A stretch of DNA of 64,000 nt from Octopus vulgaris (lineage: Eukaryota): NCBI GenBank assembly GCA_951406725.2, contig OX597822.1, positions 111,104,001 to 111,168,000 on the forward strand, read 5' to 3'. The stretch's first letter is position 1; each line of letters begins with the position of its first letter. Both the position numbers and the translations under genes were made by a program. Below are positions 26,330 through 40,862 of the stretch, in pieces. The notes below the pieces were generated by a model. The model was given only the letters and a program-made list of their open reading frames with translations, did no database searches and was not told where the DNA came from.

Positions 26330-27957
26330 TTCTAACTTTCCCAGAAATCCTGTCCTTTACCTGTTATTTCTAGCATGACCGAGGTGACATTTGTGTTCCA
26401 CCCATGATTGTTTTCCTAAATGTTTTCCGATTCCTATGTTTTCAATACAGGAGATTAGGATTTCGCCCAAAAAGCACGTGCGTGTGTATGTGAGAGTGTG
26501 TGTGCGTGTGCGTGTGGATTGTGGCTGGTAACCTTGACGTGTAGATGTGTGCATTTGTAGGTGTGAGTGCTGGGAAGCGGTCAGTGCTAGTGTGTACGGG
26601 GTGGTGTGATGTAGTGTGGTGTGGCATGATGTAGTGTGAGTGCATTGTAGTGTGGTGGTTTGTAGTGTGGTTGATTTACCGAAATCAACGAACGATCATA
26701 TGATCCCGTATAATCGACCATATGTTTGACTTCGTAACTTTCCTACTTCAAGCGAAAGAATAGCATAAAATAACATCATTTAACACACACACACACATAC
26801 GCACACACTCTCTGGCTACAACTTCTGAATGAATTATGCTATTTATTGCTATGTGCAGGCGCAAAATTACTGCTAAATTCCAATTGAAATCACCTTTTTC
26901 CATTCTGTAATTCATGTTTGTGACGTGTGTATTTAAAAATCTAATGGTCGATATAAATTTAAAAGGAAGTTCTCCCAGAAATCCTTTCCTTTACCTGTTA
27001 TTTCTAGCATGACCGAGGTGACATTTGTGTTCCACCCTTGATTTTTTTTCCTAAATTTCTTCCGATTCCTATGTTTTAAATACACGAGATTAGGTTTTCG
27101 CCCAAAAAGCACGTTCTCAATGTTTGGATTTTCTTCCTCCTCATCCCCATCCCAATTTCGAAATTCTTTACTCTTTTCAAACGTTTTTCTTGGAAATCCA
27201 TGAAGAAATAACAGTATGAAGCTTTAAGAATTTTCTGCTTTTTTCTTAAAGAAACACTAAAATCTCCTTCCCAAACATTCACCCATCACATCACCTTTTT
27301 GAAAAAGCTACAAACTCACAATGTTTTACTTTTAGGTTTCTGGAAAGCGGGGAATTTCTTCAGAAGTAACAGCGCTTACCTGTTGTTTCTAGCATGTCGG
27401 GGTTTTTTTCTGGTGGTGCTCTAATATTTTTTACATTTGCTATTTCAGTACATGAAACATCAGACGAAAGTGATACATAGGGTGTTCTTAGCTTTTTGAA
27501 AGCGGGTATGTGACTTGGAAGGGCCATTGAGTGTTTCTTGAAGAACAATTTAACTTAAAAACGTGATATATAATATTTCCCAGCTTCGTAATCTCTTGCT
27601 TTTTTTTCCAAAATGGAGGAAAAAAAATTCGTAAAATAAGTTAGAAACGAAGAAATTGCGGTGGGGACAGTAGGAAAATAAAATTTTGAAAACGTGATTT
27701 CTGGGCAAAATAGTATTGGCCCCTTTTATACGATGAAGCAATACATAGTTTGTGACCCTTCTTAAGCACAGAAAGCACTTTCATGCAAACCCATGCAAAT
27801 TGTACACTCCTCTTTCACTTTTAAACAAACAATAATTTCCATTACGCTAGTAATCCGGTTCACTATTTATCAGCTGTGCTGATTCTGCTCAAAATGAAGG
27901 AACAAATAATACAATATGGCGCTATAACACCCGGGCAACACCGGGATCCACTGCTAG
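26330..27957 (+). mobile_element. Probable longer Helitron-derived element (5' limit uncertain)
   Basis: 3' hairpin CCCGGGCAACACCGGG and CTAG at 27954-27957; internal ~140-bp direct repeat 26340-26480 / 26973-27113. Confidence 0.5.
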
Positions 27958-28019
<62 letters not shown>

Positions 28020-28420
28020 TGTGTATATATATATATATGCGTGTGTATGTATAAAAGAAATAGTACTTCTTTAATGGGCTGGTGCGATGTTCCCTCATCG
28101 TTGTATACTTATTTGGACTAAACATACGCATTTCTAAATATTTCTTGCGTTTTCTTCAAGAGATACCAGATAAGTTGCATGTAACCGAATACATCGCAGT
28201 CAACGAATCTCTTCTTGACTAGGCTACGATACTACGAGGCTTGATTTTAAAATGCCTTAACAGATCCTATGAGGTGGAGCTAAATGTATGTATCATATAT
28301 TTTAATACAGGACATCTTTGACAAACAGGCTGAAATATGTAAATACTTCCCAATATTTTTTTTAGATTATGTCAACACTGTTTTTATGAATAATAGTGAA
28401 ACAGTCATTTGCAACATAAT

Positions 28421-28916
28421 GATAATAATGTTCGTCCTTCGGGTTCGAAGATGACCACTGACATCATCTGGTGGAACTTCCGCTATGAGACCGGAGGTGG
28501 CTGGTGAGGCCAATCCGGGCAAGGAAGCCCCTCCCACAGGTGGGGCAGAAGTGGGTAGGGGCTGTGCTACTGGTGCAGGCGGCTCTGGCTTTCCGCATCT
28601 GGCGTTTCTGCTCTGCTGACCGAATCCGTCCCTCCTCGGCTGTCCCTGCTCCTGTGGTGATTGCGCTGCGCCAGGATGAGCGGTCGGCAGCAATTGTCTC
28701 CCAGGTCTCTGTGCCGATGGAGAAGTCTTTGAGCGAGACCTTGAGACTGTCCTTGAAGCGCTTCTTCTGCCCTCCGACTTTGCGTTTGCCCCCCCCCCCC
28801 CCAGGTGCCGACAACCACGAGCTGGCTGTTCCCCCTGCAGTCGAGGAAGTGAGCAGAGCCATCAAAAAAATGTCCACTAGCAAAGCTCCAGGCTCTGACA
28901 CCATCCCCTTTGAAAC
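28421..28916 (-). mobile_element. RTE (BovB-like) LINE 3' end with an inverted upstream ORF fragment
   Basis: Minus: GGQKKRFKDSLK...WETIAADRSSWR...CPTCGRGFLARIGLTSHLRSH, a short 3' UTR and an (ATT)-like tail. Plus 28801-28916: PPAVEEVSRAIKKMSTSKAPGSDTIP. Confidence 0.88.
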
Positions 28917-30738
28917 ATAATTTATAAGTGAATGTTCGAACATATTTACTTGTTATCTCTCTCATATTAATACCACCACGAAAAGCTTATTTTCTGTAAT
29001 GAGATCATCAGTGTTATATATGCATTATATATGCATTTATATTGGATTTAAATCACAATAAATATTCTAACATTACACTAAATATATATCACATCAAGTA
29101 AGGATATTCATAGTGTTACATTAGTTTATTATTAAACTCTTACAATTGAATGAATTCGGTTTGATGTATTTAATATTAAAGTAATGTGTAGAAAAATGTA
29201 AGTAGAAAGAGACAAAGCGGAAAATGAATGAATGAGCGAACATTAGGAATCATATTTTCAGTCTATTTACTAATGCATTTCATATGCATTATATATATAT
29301 ATAGCATTAATTAATTGAAAGCAAATGTTCCCCATTTCAAGGAAAGTGCGACACAATATTTTTCAAGCTGGAGACAAGATTGTGCATTTTGCCGCTTATA
29401 TTTTACATCAGCCAGTAGTTTATAATTCATAGTAAGCTCTCAATAATTGTCCTAGTTATATCACTTCTCTTTTCCTTACCACTTTTAGATATGTCACCTC
29501 TCTTACATCAGCGCGGTACTACATAAAAGTATCAGCTCCTTACAATTATATTATTGAAGCTTGCTTTTCGCACGCAACGAAAAATCATTCTTGCTTGGAA
29601 CATATAAAATTAGACATCTAGGAAAGATATTCTAGATTCAAAGACGCCCATGCGAACCTGAACCATATAGTCATTGCATATATGCTTTCAGTGAAATGTA
29701 CTAATCATATACTTCTCTATCTCAAACATATATTTCAGTACTATTTATCATAAAGACTTGGTGCATATGTTGAAATTAAACGTGTTAATGCTCTACGTGA
29801 AATGCATGAGGAGGTTGGCCAGTCCAGACCCAATCTAGAAACAACCTATCATACTAGAAACACGAAATATCGAAGACTTTATTATTTACTATTGTTTAAA
29901 TTGAATGAAATTTGAAATGCATTCAAAATGTCAGCAAATTATGAATAAGTTATAACTTAGATATGTTGAGAAGAATGTGCAAACGCTTGGCATTCCCCAG
30001 TTTAAACATCTAATGTGGATTCCTATCTGCATAAAAAACAGGCAAAACTACACAATAGAATATTTTGCTATCAGATAGTAGAATTATTTTGGATATTATA
30101 CAAAACGACTCAAACGTGAACAGTTAAAATGTGGTCTATAAAAAATATTCATCCGTCGAATTCAAGAGAAAATATATTCGGACGATGGGAAATAAAGTTG
30201 AACAAGCCAGGCCACTCATTTACTAACTATAATTAACGGTGTTGAATTGGGGAAAATGAATAGAGAACTAAAGTGCATATTCATTTACATATCTCTTGTA
30301 TATATACTGGAGCTCGTGCGAACTTTATAAGGGGATAGTAGTAACGCTCAGCTTTTATGTATTCGTTTTCTTGCAGCTTATTCTAAAATCGATAGGGTAA
30401 CTTTCTTTGTTAGGATGTTGAATGAAATTCAGTGATCGATAAATCCCTCCAATATTGATTTTCAGTGTACGAATGAAATGATCTGGCGATTGATTACCAA
30501 ACCGTGGTTTACATATATCGTATTATTCTTTATGTATTCAAACAATTTCAAGGGTATTGTTCATTATTCCGAAACAATAGTCAAGGCTCTCTCCCTCTCT
30601 CTATTTGCCTATCTGCATGTATGTGTGCATGTATGTATATACATATACATACACACACGATACAGACTCACCTACTTACATATATATATATATAGATAGA
30701 TAGATAGACACACTCATACATGTATACATACATACATG

Positions 30739-30817
<79 letters not shown>

Positions 30818-30834
30818 GTGCATATATACATACA

Positions 30835-30868
<34 letters not shown>

Positions 30869-31829
30869 ACTGAAATCAACTCAGAATCGTCGTTTGATTT
30901 ATCATCTTTACTTAGAAGCTAATAAGTTAAGTTGACCATGTAACGTTAGTCGTATTTATCCAATTATTCTAATAAAGGATTTATTATATTGCTAATAAGC
31001 GTAGGCGCTATGGCAACTCTTAATGTGTTAAGTGAAGTGATGTTCATCAGGCACAAATAAATTCATGCTGGAGTGCGAATGCGTTCGTAGTCAAATAAAT
31101 TATGCATGCCTGAGTCATTTTAATTTCTATAAAGGGTGCAGATGCTAGTGATAAAATTTAAACAAATATGACGCTCTTTGGATGTAGAATGGCAAAGTAA
31201 ATCTTTTGAAATGTGTGTTAGCTGATATAATCATTTCGGAAATATACTCTACATAGGCAAAAATCCATCCCAATAGCTCATCATATTGATTTCCTTTCAC
31301 CTGGCACCAGCAAAATATTTATAGCAAAGAAATAAGTAAATCGATCCAATTTATTCCCGCTATTTATTTCATCGACCAGGAAGTATTAAAGAAAGAGTCG
31401 ATTCTAGAGAGATTTGTACTTAGAATATTGCTGTAATGGATTGAATCAAATATTCCAGAGACTCCAATATCTTCTATATCTAGAATCATCATTTACTTTA
31501 AATAGACACTAGGAAAATATTGGACTGTAAATATGCGCTAGAGTGGCTATTTACTGCATTGTATTTACATATTTGTTCGAGAATAGAAACTACGTTTCAT
31601 TATGGTTGGACGCTTCATACATGTTCTATAGCATATGTATTAAAAATGATGGTTTGTTTAGCTATAGTGCTTATTTTTCAGTATTAAGAGAACATGGATA
31701 GTATGTTTGTGTGGTTGTTCTAAGAAAAATCACTAGCCTCACACATGCATCGGTCATATTTTCTCCAAACACTTATGCCATATCTCGGTGGTAACCGACT
31801 AGAGGTTTCTTTAAACCCTTATAGTGCTT

Positions 31830-32051
31830 ACAGTTCTATATTTAAGAGATGAGGACTTATGTACATTATTTACATTATTTACTTTTGACGGATATTTATC
31901 CTCATCCTGTTTGTTGTTAACACAAAGTTTCGGCTGAAAAACCCTCCAGCCTTCATCAGTTGTCTTGGGGAAATTTCGAACCTGGGTTCTCATTCCTAAG
32001 GTATTTTTCGATATTATTATTACTATTATTATTATTATTATTATTATTATT
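31830..32051 (-). mobile_element. 5'-truncated copy of hammerhead-bearing SINE family D
   Basis: Reverse complement of 32138-32331; hammerhead at 31920-31963 with intact CTGATGA. Confidence 0.8.
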
Positions 32052-32058
32052 ACATATA

Positions 32059-32133
32059 CCCGTGGACATATGGAGTAGTGGTTAATAGGCGGGCTACTAA
32101 CCCCAAGATTCCGAGTTCGATTCCTGGCAGTGA

Positions 32134-32207
<74 letters not shown>

Positions 32208-32331
32208 TCGAAAAATACCTAGGTTCTAAATTTTCCCAAGACACCTAATGAAGGCTGGAGGGTATATCAGCCGAAACGTTGTGTTAACAACAAACAAGAT
32301 GGCAAATATCCGTCAAATGTAAATAATGTAC
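32059..32331 (+). mobile_element. SINE family D: tRNA-like Pol III head, (AAT)n, then a hammerhead-containing body
   Basis: A box TGGAGTAGTGG 32071-32081; anticodon-like arm GGG-CTACTAA-CCC; B box GAGTTCGATTCC 32113-32124; hammerhead at 32241-32284. Confidence 0.8.
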
Positions 32332-32708
32332 TTCATAGTGCTTGTCTAACAAATCTAGGATTAGAATTACGTAAATCTGAATATGAACGGGTAATAATTC
32401 TATAGATTAACACACAGAGTCGTTAAACTTAGTCGCATTCATATTTTAATCCATACCACTTGGGTATTTAGTGTTTTGGAGTCCTTCAATATTTCTGTTA
32501 CCTTTAAGTTAAATATAAAATAGATCCAAATGCAATTAGCCGAAGTGTTTATTTCAATATCATAAGAAATGTGATTAAGGGTTTAACGGACACAATACAT
32601 TAATGAAATCCATACTGTTGTAGTAGAATTTAGTAAATTGTCAGACACATTATATATAGAAATAGAAAATATCAATTAGTTTTGGGAATATAAATTGATT
32701 TCATTAAT

Positions 32709-32864
32709 GATAGACCAAGATAATATATAATTATATTCTGTAATTTTAAGTCGTGTATATATCTAGCTAGCGCCATTAAGCTTCTATATTTTAACTTTGC
32801 GCTGGCGAGATATATACACGACTTAAAATTACAGAATATTAAATATACATTATCTTGGTCTATT
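32709..32864. repeat. Imperfect palindrome (MITE-like)
   Basis: ATAGACCAAGATAAT...ATTCTGTAATTTTAAGTCGTGTATAT mirrored by ATATACACGACTTAAAATTACAGAAT...ATTATCTTGGTCTAT. Confidence 0.75.
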
Positions 32865-33099
32865 ATGGATGATCTCCACCATACAATACGACTATGGGCA
32901 GATGTGGAATGTGCATAAAAGAATCACACATTATCCTTCGTATGTATATTTCCACTGTTTTAAATAGGTTTTCTGACGCTATTCATTCGTGCGACCATAG
33001 ATACTACTCAACTTTCATGAAACGATTTAAATCTGTATCCACTTAGCAATAAACCTAGTAATTTCTGTTGCGCAACTGAACATCCTACAGCGTATAACA

Positions 33100-33670
33100 A
33101 TATATCGTCAATACAAATATAAATTTTAAGAAGGTCAGAAAATTTCGTCGAAGACCCTGCGCTGTAGAGAGAGGTAAAGGCCTCGGTGTACCAAAAGTTC
33201 TCTCCATATACTGCTACTGGCTTTGACTCTCCGTGTACTGTTTCTGGCTCGGGCTCTTTTGATCTATTAGAAGATCTTGGTAGGACTGGTAGGGCAACCC
33301 AGTTTTTGAAGTGTTGATTTTGGGACCAAACATATCTGCTGCGCAAGAAAACCGGTCCACAAGTGTTGCACGTGCTCAATGTTTCTGGCGACGAGCGCTG
33401 AATCGTCTTCGTAGAGCAGCTGCAGGATACACATTTCGTTGATTTAGGTGGATGCAGGAAGACGGACCAAGTCGGAGAGTTTCCCATCTATTCTGGAGTT
33501 TATGAAGGCCTCTTTGTGCAGATTGACCCTCATGGGATCAATACATCTGCGAGGTAAAGAGAGAGGAGTACAGTGGCAAGTACGCACTCCTGCTTCTCAC
33601 CATGGTTGACTGCTAGTACTTCACTAAATTCTCCGTATTTTTCGTCAATGAAGGCGGGCCTTTTTGTAAT
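33100..33670 (-). mobile_element. Decayed RTE-like reverse transcriptase fragment
   Basis: LLYEDDSALVARNIEHVQHL / DRFSCAADMFGPKINTSKT (YADD-box region) across frameshifts. Confidence 0.75.
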
Positions 33671-33975
33671 GCAAATATCTTGAAATTACCGTCTTCCACG
33701 TTGCTATTTTAGAATTGCAGATCATTTAAAGTGAAGAGCAGAAAAACACCAGCAGGTAAATATTCAATGTCTCTTGATTATCCATAACGGCGACCATGGG
33801 TAACTTTATCTGACAACTGGCGTTCAATATGTATTGTCCCGCACTGCTCAGTCGTATAGTCAAAGCTTTAGTGAGTATCACTTGTTTCCTAGAATTACAT
33901 TTTCAAAATCAGGTGGCGTCATCAACGATGCATCGTCTACCAAGCTTCACAATGCGGCATTTTCTTTCACAGACA

Positions 33976-34051
<76 letters not shown>

Positions 34052-34121
34052 TACACACACACACACACCACTATGTAAACGTAGCCATGCAAATTAATCT
34101 CATCAAGAATCAACACATCAC

Positions 34122-34350
34122 TACCTATTTCTTTACTACCCACAAGGGGCTAAACACAGAGAGGACAAACAAGGACAGACAAACGGATTAAGTCGATTAA
34201 ATCGACCCCAGTGCGTAACTGGTACTTATTTAATCCACCCCGAAAGGATGAAAGGCAAAGTCGACCTCGGCGGAATTTGAACTCTGTACGTAGCGGCAGA
34301 CGAAATACTGCTAAGCATTTCGCCCGGCGTGCTAACGGCTCTGCCAGTTC
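34122..34350 (-). mobile_element. SINE family B
   Basis: Homologous to 5191-5417. Confidence 0.88.
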
Positions 34351-35653
34351 ACTACAGTAAATAATCTCTAACTTTTTGTGACAATCGATTATAATCATTC
34401 TCAAGAGTTGTGACCTTCGGGTTAAGAAATTTATATCTACTCTTTTGCCACACATTTGTTGGTTGTAAACATTGACAACAGACACGCTGGCACTTCAACT
34501 TATACTTTATGAAAGTTCATCTAAAAACTATAAGATGTATGAAGTAAGGTAGTAGCTACAAAACTGAATTAAAAGTGGACACAGGATTTTAGAACAAAAT
34601 AATATCATAAGACTGATTTTAGAGAGAAAGAGAAAAATCTTTGTTAAAAACTTCATCAATTATTTCATACTGATGGAGATAGAATGTGTAGGTAAACAGC
34701 AGAAAAGTATGAAATGAGCTTCCACGAAGAATATGAAATGAGATAAATATGATTATGCAGAGAAAAAAGAGAATAACATTTAATGAATTTTCACAGTTAA
34801 AAGTACGTAGAGATAATGTACTTATAAACAGAAATAGTACTTGTAGTATTAGCCATCCTGTATGAATGTCTAAAATCAAAATAAACTTCGTTATTTATAT
34901 CTAATGAATGTCTAAATCCAAAATAAACTTCGTTATTTGAATCTATTGAATTGATGATTTAGAATTTTTCGTGAACGCATAGTTGATATATGCAATTAGA
35001 TTTATAGTACCAACGGGTAGGGGAAGAAAATTCTAGAAGCAATATTTGATCGAATATTGCTACATTTTCCCATAATTTCTTGGTCTTTAACACAGTTGAT
35101 ATCTCTAACAAGTTGACCAGAATTCTAGAGTCTTTCTTTGACACAGATTCATGATTTTTCGGATAATTTTGTACATTAAAAAACATGAACTACGATATTC
35201 CAACTCAGGTCGCCCCATGTTTCTTTTGTGCATAACATTATACAATTGGTTTTATCAATTTATTTCTTTATTCTTAAGAGTATGGTTTGATGTGAAAGCG
35301 ATCTGGTTTTTAACTCTTAATAATAGCAGGTAACGTGCGTAGATAGAAGTTTGGCTGCTTAATATTTCTGACAGTTTAATATGTAGATGTTTATTCGAGT
35401 GGAAGTAAATAGCCCGCCCAAATATTTTCTCCCAATAAAACTATCTTGAAAGGCGAAAGCAAAATATGTACCTTAACAGAATTGCATTAATCGAAACGTA
35501 GGCTCCATCAAAATATGAAGCTGCCACTGAAAGATGCAGTAAACATATATCAGTACTAAAAGTTAAGAAATTAAATAAAATAACACAATGATGACTGAAA
35601 TATTAAGACTACATGGCATCCGATACTTACATACATAGATACATACATGCATA

Positions 35654-35725
<72 letters not shown>

Positions 35726-35753
35726 TATACATATATCTATATATACATATATG

Positions 35754-35784
<31 letters not shown>

Positions 35785-36093
35785 GTATATGTATATATAT
35801 GCCTGTGTATGTGAGTGCGTGTATATATATGTATGTCAATGTGTGTGAACGTGTGTGTGTGTGTGTGTGTGTGGGAGGCTGCTGTAGTTGTATATATCAA
35901 TATTTTGGATGAATGAAGAGTGGATTACCCAGTGACAACGCGTAAAAGGAAAAAAAGAAAAACAGATTATTTTTAGAATTTTCTAAGGATGCATTCCACT
36001 GCATGGAATAGGTTGAGCATTATTTACCGATAATTGAATGAATGCATACGCCGCATACATGTATACATATATATACATAAATATATTTACATA

Positions 36094-36160
<67 letters not shown>

Positions 36161-36205
36161 GATTCAGATGAATATGGTACTTAAGTTAAAGGCACCAGAA
36201 TTTGG

Positions 36206-36261
<56 letters not shown>

Positions 36262-36310
36262 CTCAATCTGTGTACATACACATATACATTTATGAATACA
36301 TATGTGTTTG

Positions 36311-36342
<32 letters not shown>

Positions 36343-36768
36343 CGTCCGTGTGTGCCTGCTCGTGAATGAGTAAATGTGTGTTTATACTCATGAGTGCATG
36401 AGAGATATATACTAAGAAATAATGCATTGAGGAACTGAGAGCTTTGTCAATTTGAAATATATTTTCACGTTTCTTTCTAATGCTTTCGAAATCACCATTG
36501 TCGCTCTCTTACTGCGCATCCAATCCGAGTTCTTTTCTTTATTGAATGAACATTCGTGGACTGTATTATTAAGAGTGAATATACCTACTGGGTATGCAAT
36601 TTACATAGATATGTAAATTGCCAAGCGATATAATTAGTAAATTCATCACTATATTCTAAAATTCATATATATATTCTTGTAAACAACAGAACAACTTCCA
36701 TACCTCAAATTGTTTCACGCTCATAACTATAGTCAACAGAATATGATAACCTTGGATAAATAGTGCAT

Positions 36769-37178
36769 ACTCTCTTTTACTCTTTTACTTGTTTCAGTCA
36801 TTTTAACTGCGGCCATGCTGGAGCACCGCCTTTAGTCGAGCAAATCGACCCCGGGACTTATTCTTTGTAAGCCCAGTACTTATTCTATCGACCTCTTTTT
36901 CCGGACCGCTAAGTGACGGGGACGTAAACACACCAGCATCGGCTGTCAAGCAATGCTAGGGGTACAAACACAGACACACAAACATACATATATATATACA
37001 TATACATATATACGACAGGCTTCTTTTCAGTTTCCGTCTACCAAATCCACTCACAAGGCATTGGTCGGGCCGGGGCTATAGTAGAAGACACTTGCCCAAG
37101 ATGCCACGCAGTGGGACTGAACCCGGAACCATGTGGTTGGTTAGCAAGCTACTTATCACACAGCCACTCCTGCGCCTA
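36769..37178 (-). mobile_element. SINE family A
   Basis: Homologous to 12964-13382. Confidence 0.9.
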
Positions 37179-37623
37179 TAATTTTATTAATTAGTAACAA
37201 AACGTAAAAATTTCGAGGAAATATATAATTATTTAATAGTTCGCATATAATTAGACGAGTCTAATTTAGAGCGTTAACCTGTAACACGATACAGCAGCAA
37301 GGTTAAGCATCGTATCCTTTAAATCAATTCCACGTAATGAATCCCTACAAGAATGCAAAGGCATCTCTTATGCATACGTGATATTTCATGCATATTTTCT
37401 GCGTACAAAATTTTATAGGCTTTACGAAACCATTTGCACACTCATGCGTGCGGATGCAGGCTTTCAGCACAAGCATCAAAGAGTTATATGAGTAGAATAA
37501 GTTCTTCAAACAAATTATTATTAGAAGGTAGGCTTTCAATATAACACTTTGCATAGAAAGGCATATGAACTATCTCTTTCCCGCTCAATGGACTGACGCT
37601 TTGCTTTCAAAAGATTTAATTCA

Positions 37624-38038
37624 TAGGCGCAGGAGTGGCTGTGTGGTAAGTAGCTTGCTAACCAGCCACATGGTTCCGGGTTAGTCCCACTGCGGGGCAT
37701 CTTGGGCAAGTTTCTTCTGCTATTGCCCCGGGCCGACCAAAGCCGTGTGAGTGGATTTGGTAGACGGAAACTGAAAGAAGCCTGTCGTATATATATATAT
37801 ATGTATGTGTGTGTATGTGTTTGTGTGTCTGTGTTTGTCTCCCTAGCATTGCTTGACAACCGATGCTGGTGTGTTTATGTCCCCGTCACTTAGCGGTTCG
37901 GCAAAAGAGACCGATTGAATAAGTACTGGGCTTACAAAAGAATAAATGCCGAGGTCGATTTGCTCGACTAAAGGCGGTGCTCCAGCATGGCCGCAGTCAA
38001 ATGACTGAAACAAGTAAAAGAGTAAAAAGAGTAAAGAG
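37624..38038 (+). mobile_element. SINE family A
   Basis: Homologous to 12964-13382. Confidence 0.9.
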
Positions 38039-38444
38039 TATATTCATATATCAGAGTATCGCAGTAGAGACCAGAGTTTCAGAGGCTGTTGTAAACAACC
38101 GGTTGCAATGCACCTTCGATTCTGTCCCGATTGCGCCATTAATTACCAAAAATTGTTTATCATAGTCGTCTTCTCATCACTGAGCAGTGTCTTCCGATAT
38201 TTCGGATGCCACTCGTCAGATGCCCTGGCCTTCCTGTCGCCTGTGAACCTTGCGACATGTTCGACTCAGGAGAATTCGTGACTTTTTTGATACACTCAGA
38301 TTACGTCATTCATTTCGCTTCTTTCTCGAATGATCTCATTTCAAATATGCTCTCGAAATGATGTACCTAACATGCAGACTCACATACAAACAAATGTGTG
38401 CGTGCGTGTGGGTGTATGGGTGTACATGCGTGTATGTATATATG

Positions 38445-39014
<570 letters not shown>

Positions 39015-39673
39015 TTAGGGGGTATAACTCCAAACTTACGGGGAAAAATTCAATTTCGTATCAAATCAAATTTCACAGTATAAATATATAAAATATGAAT
39101 TAGAGATAAAACCACTATTATGCAAATCAAACAGTGATAGACATAATATATATAGTATTTGTTATTTATGTATTAGTTTATGTCTATCACTGTTTGAGTT
39201 GCATAATAGTGGTTTTATCTCTAATTCATATTGTATATATATATATATATATAATATGGCTGACTAATTCGCAGTTTTACAGGCAGAAATACATGCGTCA
39301 CTAATGTAAACAAGGGCTCTAATCAGCCCCAGTATTGCTAGAAATAAGAGTCAAAATAACTCAGTACTCACAAAAGAACCATCTTAATGAGCTGACAAGG
39401 TACATTGCGAATTGGCCACCCATATTATTTCTAATTCTCCATTTACCGTTCATAAAATTGGCGTATCCTTTCAATGAAAAGCTTATAAGCTGACAAGGCG
39501 AGATGAGCTTATCCCTAGGCGCAGTGAGAGCTACTAATGATCGTTAAGATGCGTTAAGCATCAAAATGGGAAATCGTGGATGTTCTCGCTTTATCTACGT
39601 TTGTAAGGAGCATGTCTCCCTTGTCTACTCATTAAGATAGTACTTTTGTTGCATTCGAATTGTTTATATATTA

Positions 39674-40067
39674 CTAGCAGTATCGCCCGGCGTTGCTCGG
39701 GTTTATAAGGGAAATAACTATAAAGCATTTTTAGAGAGTTATACCCAAAAGATAGCAAAAAAATGCATTAAAAATGGAAAAAGTATGATGGTAATTTTTT
39801 TTTAAATCGTTGACTCATCGTAGACATTTGTAGAGAGTTACTTCCCTTATATTTAAAAAATATGCATTAAAATGGAAAAAAAATGGTGGTAAATTATTTT
39901 TAAAATCGTAGACTCATCGTAGACGCGCGCTAATACCCAGAAGGGCTCGATATGAATCATGACTATAAGATACCCGCTTTTGGTTAAACTGCACCGCAAA
40001 ATGTGGGAGTAGTTAGGAATCTAAATCGGAGTAGACAGACACACAACCTTACTTTTATATATAAAGA
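39674..40067 (-). mobile_element. Short non-autonomous Helitron
   Basis: Minus strand A|TC...CCCGAGCAACGCCGGG...CTAG|T; homologous to 24179-24473. Confidence 0.88.
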
Positions 40068-40398
40068 TATGTGTGTGTGTGTGTGGTGTTGGGGTTCAAA
40101 TAGATATTTATATATCTTTGTGTTCGGATGAAGCGACTATGACTGCTCACGGTTTTGGTATTACTTGATAAGTTTCCTGGTCGGATTTTCGCTTGGTTTT
40201 GACACTTATTATAATAAATTCCTTTCTACTTCATATTTCTTTTTGAAGTATCTTTGAATGTTAGTCTATGTCCTCTGTGGTTTCTTTTCTCCTTGTATTG
40301 TCTCAGATAATGCGCGATTGAACCAGGCTGCGACAAATCATGAATACCATTCTCTTTGACGAAATCAGGAATGAAGAAATCGTTCGTATATGTGTGTG

Positions 40399-40567
40399 TA
40401 GGAGTGGCTGTGTGGTAAGTAGCTTGCTTACGAGCCACGTGGTGCCGGGTTCAGTTCCACTACGTGGCACCTTGGACAAGTGTCTTCTACTATAGCCTTG
40501 GGCCAACCAAAAAGCCTTCTGTGTGGAGTTGGAAGACAGAAACTGAAAGAAGCCCGTCGTATATATG

Positions 40568-40618
<51 letters not shown>

Positions 40619-40862
40619 ATGTGTGTGTGTGTATGTGTGTGTATATGTTTGTTTTTCTATGTTTGTCCCCACAACATCGCTTGACAACCGATGCTGGTGT
40701 GTTTATGTCCCCGTAACTTAGCGGTTCGGCAAAAGAGACCGATAGAATAAGTACTAGGCTTACAAAGAATAGGTCCTGGGGTCGATTTGCTCGACTAAAA
40801 GGCGGTGCTCCAACATGACCACAGTCAAATGACTGAAACAAGTAAAAGAGAGTAAATGAGTA
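40399..40862 (+). mobile_element. SINE family A
   Basis: Homologous to 12964-13382. Confidence 0.88.

Noticed and set aside
22125-30032. Shared GGATTCCTATCTGCAT at ~22148 and ~30017
   Set aside because: Too short to tell an old duplication from a small repeat or chance.
32059-32137. tRNA gene with anticodon ACT
   Set aside because: There is no acceptor stem, and it runs into (AAT)n and a repeat body, so it is treated as a SINE head.
38190-38225. Minus-strand CTGACGA...GAAATATC hammerhead-like core
   Set aside because: Neither stem I nor stem II can form.
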